A DNA stretch of 52,126 bases, filler included, from Catajapyx aquilonaris (taxonomy: Eukaryota), in the NCBI GenBank assembly GCA_000934665.2. It is 2 parts of 2 records of this genome, joined end to end, with 100 filler letters (N's around TTAATTAATTAA, not from the genome) between each part and the next. Parts side by side here need not be neighbours in the genome. Positions count along the whole stretch, not along the records: positions 26,049 to 52,126 come from JYFJ02005288.1; 1 more part is not named here. One strand, given 5' to 3'. Below are positions 51,195 through 52,126 of the stretch, piece after piece. Under the pieces are notes generated by a model, which did no database searches, was not told the origin of the DNA, and saw nothing but the letters and a program-made list of their open reading frames with translations. The translations under genes were made by a program, and so were the position numbers. Numbering within the stretch: the first letter of the stretch is position 1; every line of letters starts with the position of its first letter.

Positions 51195-52033
51195 GTTTAT
51201 GCACGCTTGTGCTGTCGTGTGGCACAGTGTATATACTCTCTTGTTGCATATTATGTCAAAGGGCCGCCTCAATTTATTATGATAAAAGCAGCACATTTTC
51301 GGATTCTGAGAAATATGACAAAAGTCACTCTCTGTCCACTAGGCGTTAATATGGAAAACTGTGGTTAGCTGTTTACACAAGACTACTTTACCCTGATGGC
51401 AATTCTGCAAATTGACATTGAGCAGCTTATGACGTCGATGGACAACAACGAATGTATTTTTCTTCGCGTCCAGATCAATCACGCTAAAGTAATACGCGCA
51501 ATCGATACAACTATATGACGGTCTTTTGGTACGCGTCTCTCTCTCTTCATATATCAAGTGCATAATATATTAAGCTCTACCTGTTATACTGATTGCACTG
51601 ATTGGTTCTTCTGGCAGACCAATATATGGCTCCTAATTGACTGGAGCTCAGACATGGAGGCGTTAACTTTAATATATTTGGCATAAAAAGATTGATTCCA
51701 ATATTGCAATACATTTTGAAATAGCTAAAATGGTTATTCGGCAATTTTTATCTAAAAATATTCCAATACATGCGGCCTCTACCTGCAAGATCCACTCGAG
51801 TACGGTAATAATAATAATTGCGTCAAGCTTTTGACATAGTTCATATAGGACCAATTGCGTATATTACCAAAGACATTAAAATGACTACAGTTAGGCAGTT
51901 GCGTAAACAATAAGACCCAAGTTAAAAGTAGAGATTAAAAATTAATACTTCCATACGGGATTTATTAGTAGCCTGTCATGCCTATATAAGGTAATTTTAG
52001 TTTTTCAAAGTACCGGTACAGCACAGACAAGTA

Positions 52034-52126
52034 CGAGGGGCGGTCATAAAGTTCTTACAATCACCACGAAAGACTGCAGACAGCGGCGAATTTTTGCTGC
52101 TGGGGCGTAAGCACGTTTCTCTAATA
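52034..52126 (+). mobile_element. Terminal end of a mariner-family element (runs off the window)
   Basis: TA|CGAGGGGCGGTCATAAAGT resembles mariner TIR starts of the TACGAGGG...TCA.AAAGT type. Confidence 0.6.

Overview
Eukaryotic, very probably arthropod, genomic window with a 100-N scaffold gap at 25949-26048. Bases 1-28 kb are repeat-rich: Tc1/mariner- and hAT-type MITEs, four tRNA-derived SINEs, decayed LINE fragments and two copies of an unusual 370-bp element with 8-bp TSDs, no TIRs and a long internal palindrome. This part also holds scattered, mostly decayed exons of a minus-strand SLC22/Orct-type transporter. Bases 28.8-42.1 kb hold three spliced THAP-domain plus tandem C2H2 zinc-finger genes (two minus, one plus), with a short head-to-head interval and exon phases that join in frame. 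Bases 45.7-51.2 kb hold two intronless divergent ionotropic receptor (IR) genes and a broken third copy. The two IRs are nearly identical in the N-terminal and pore blocks but strongly diverged in the ligand-binding lobes. A mariner end closes the window. Gene models were built by eye from GT/AG sites and phase compatibility; no database searches were run.
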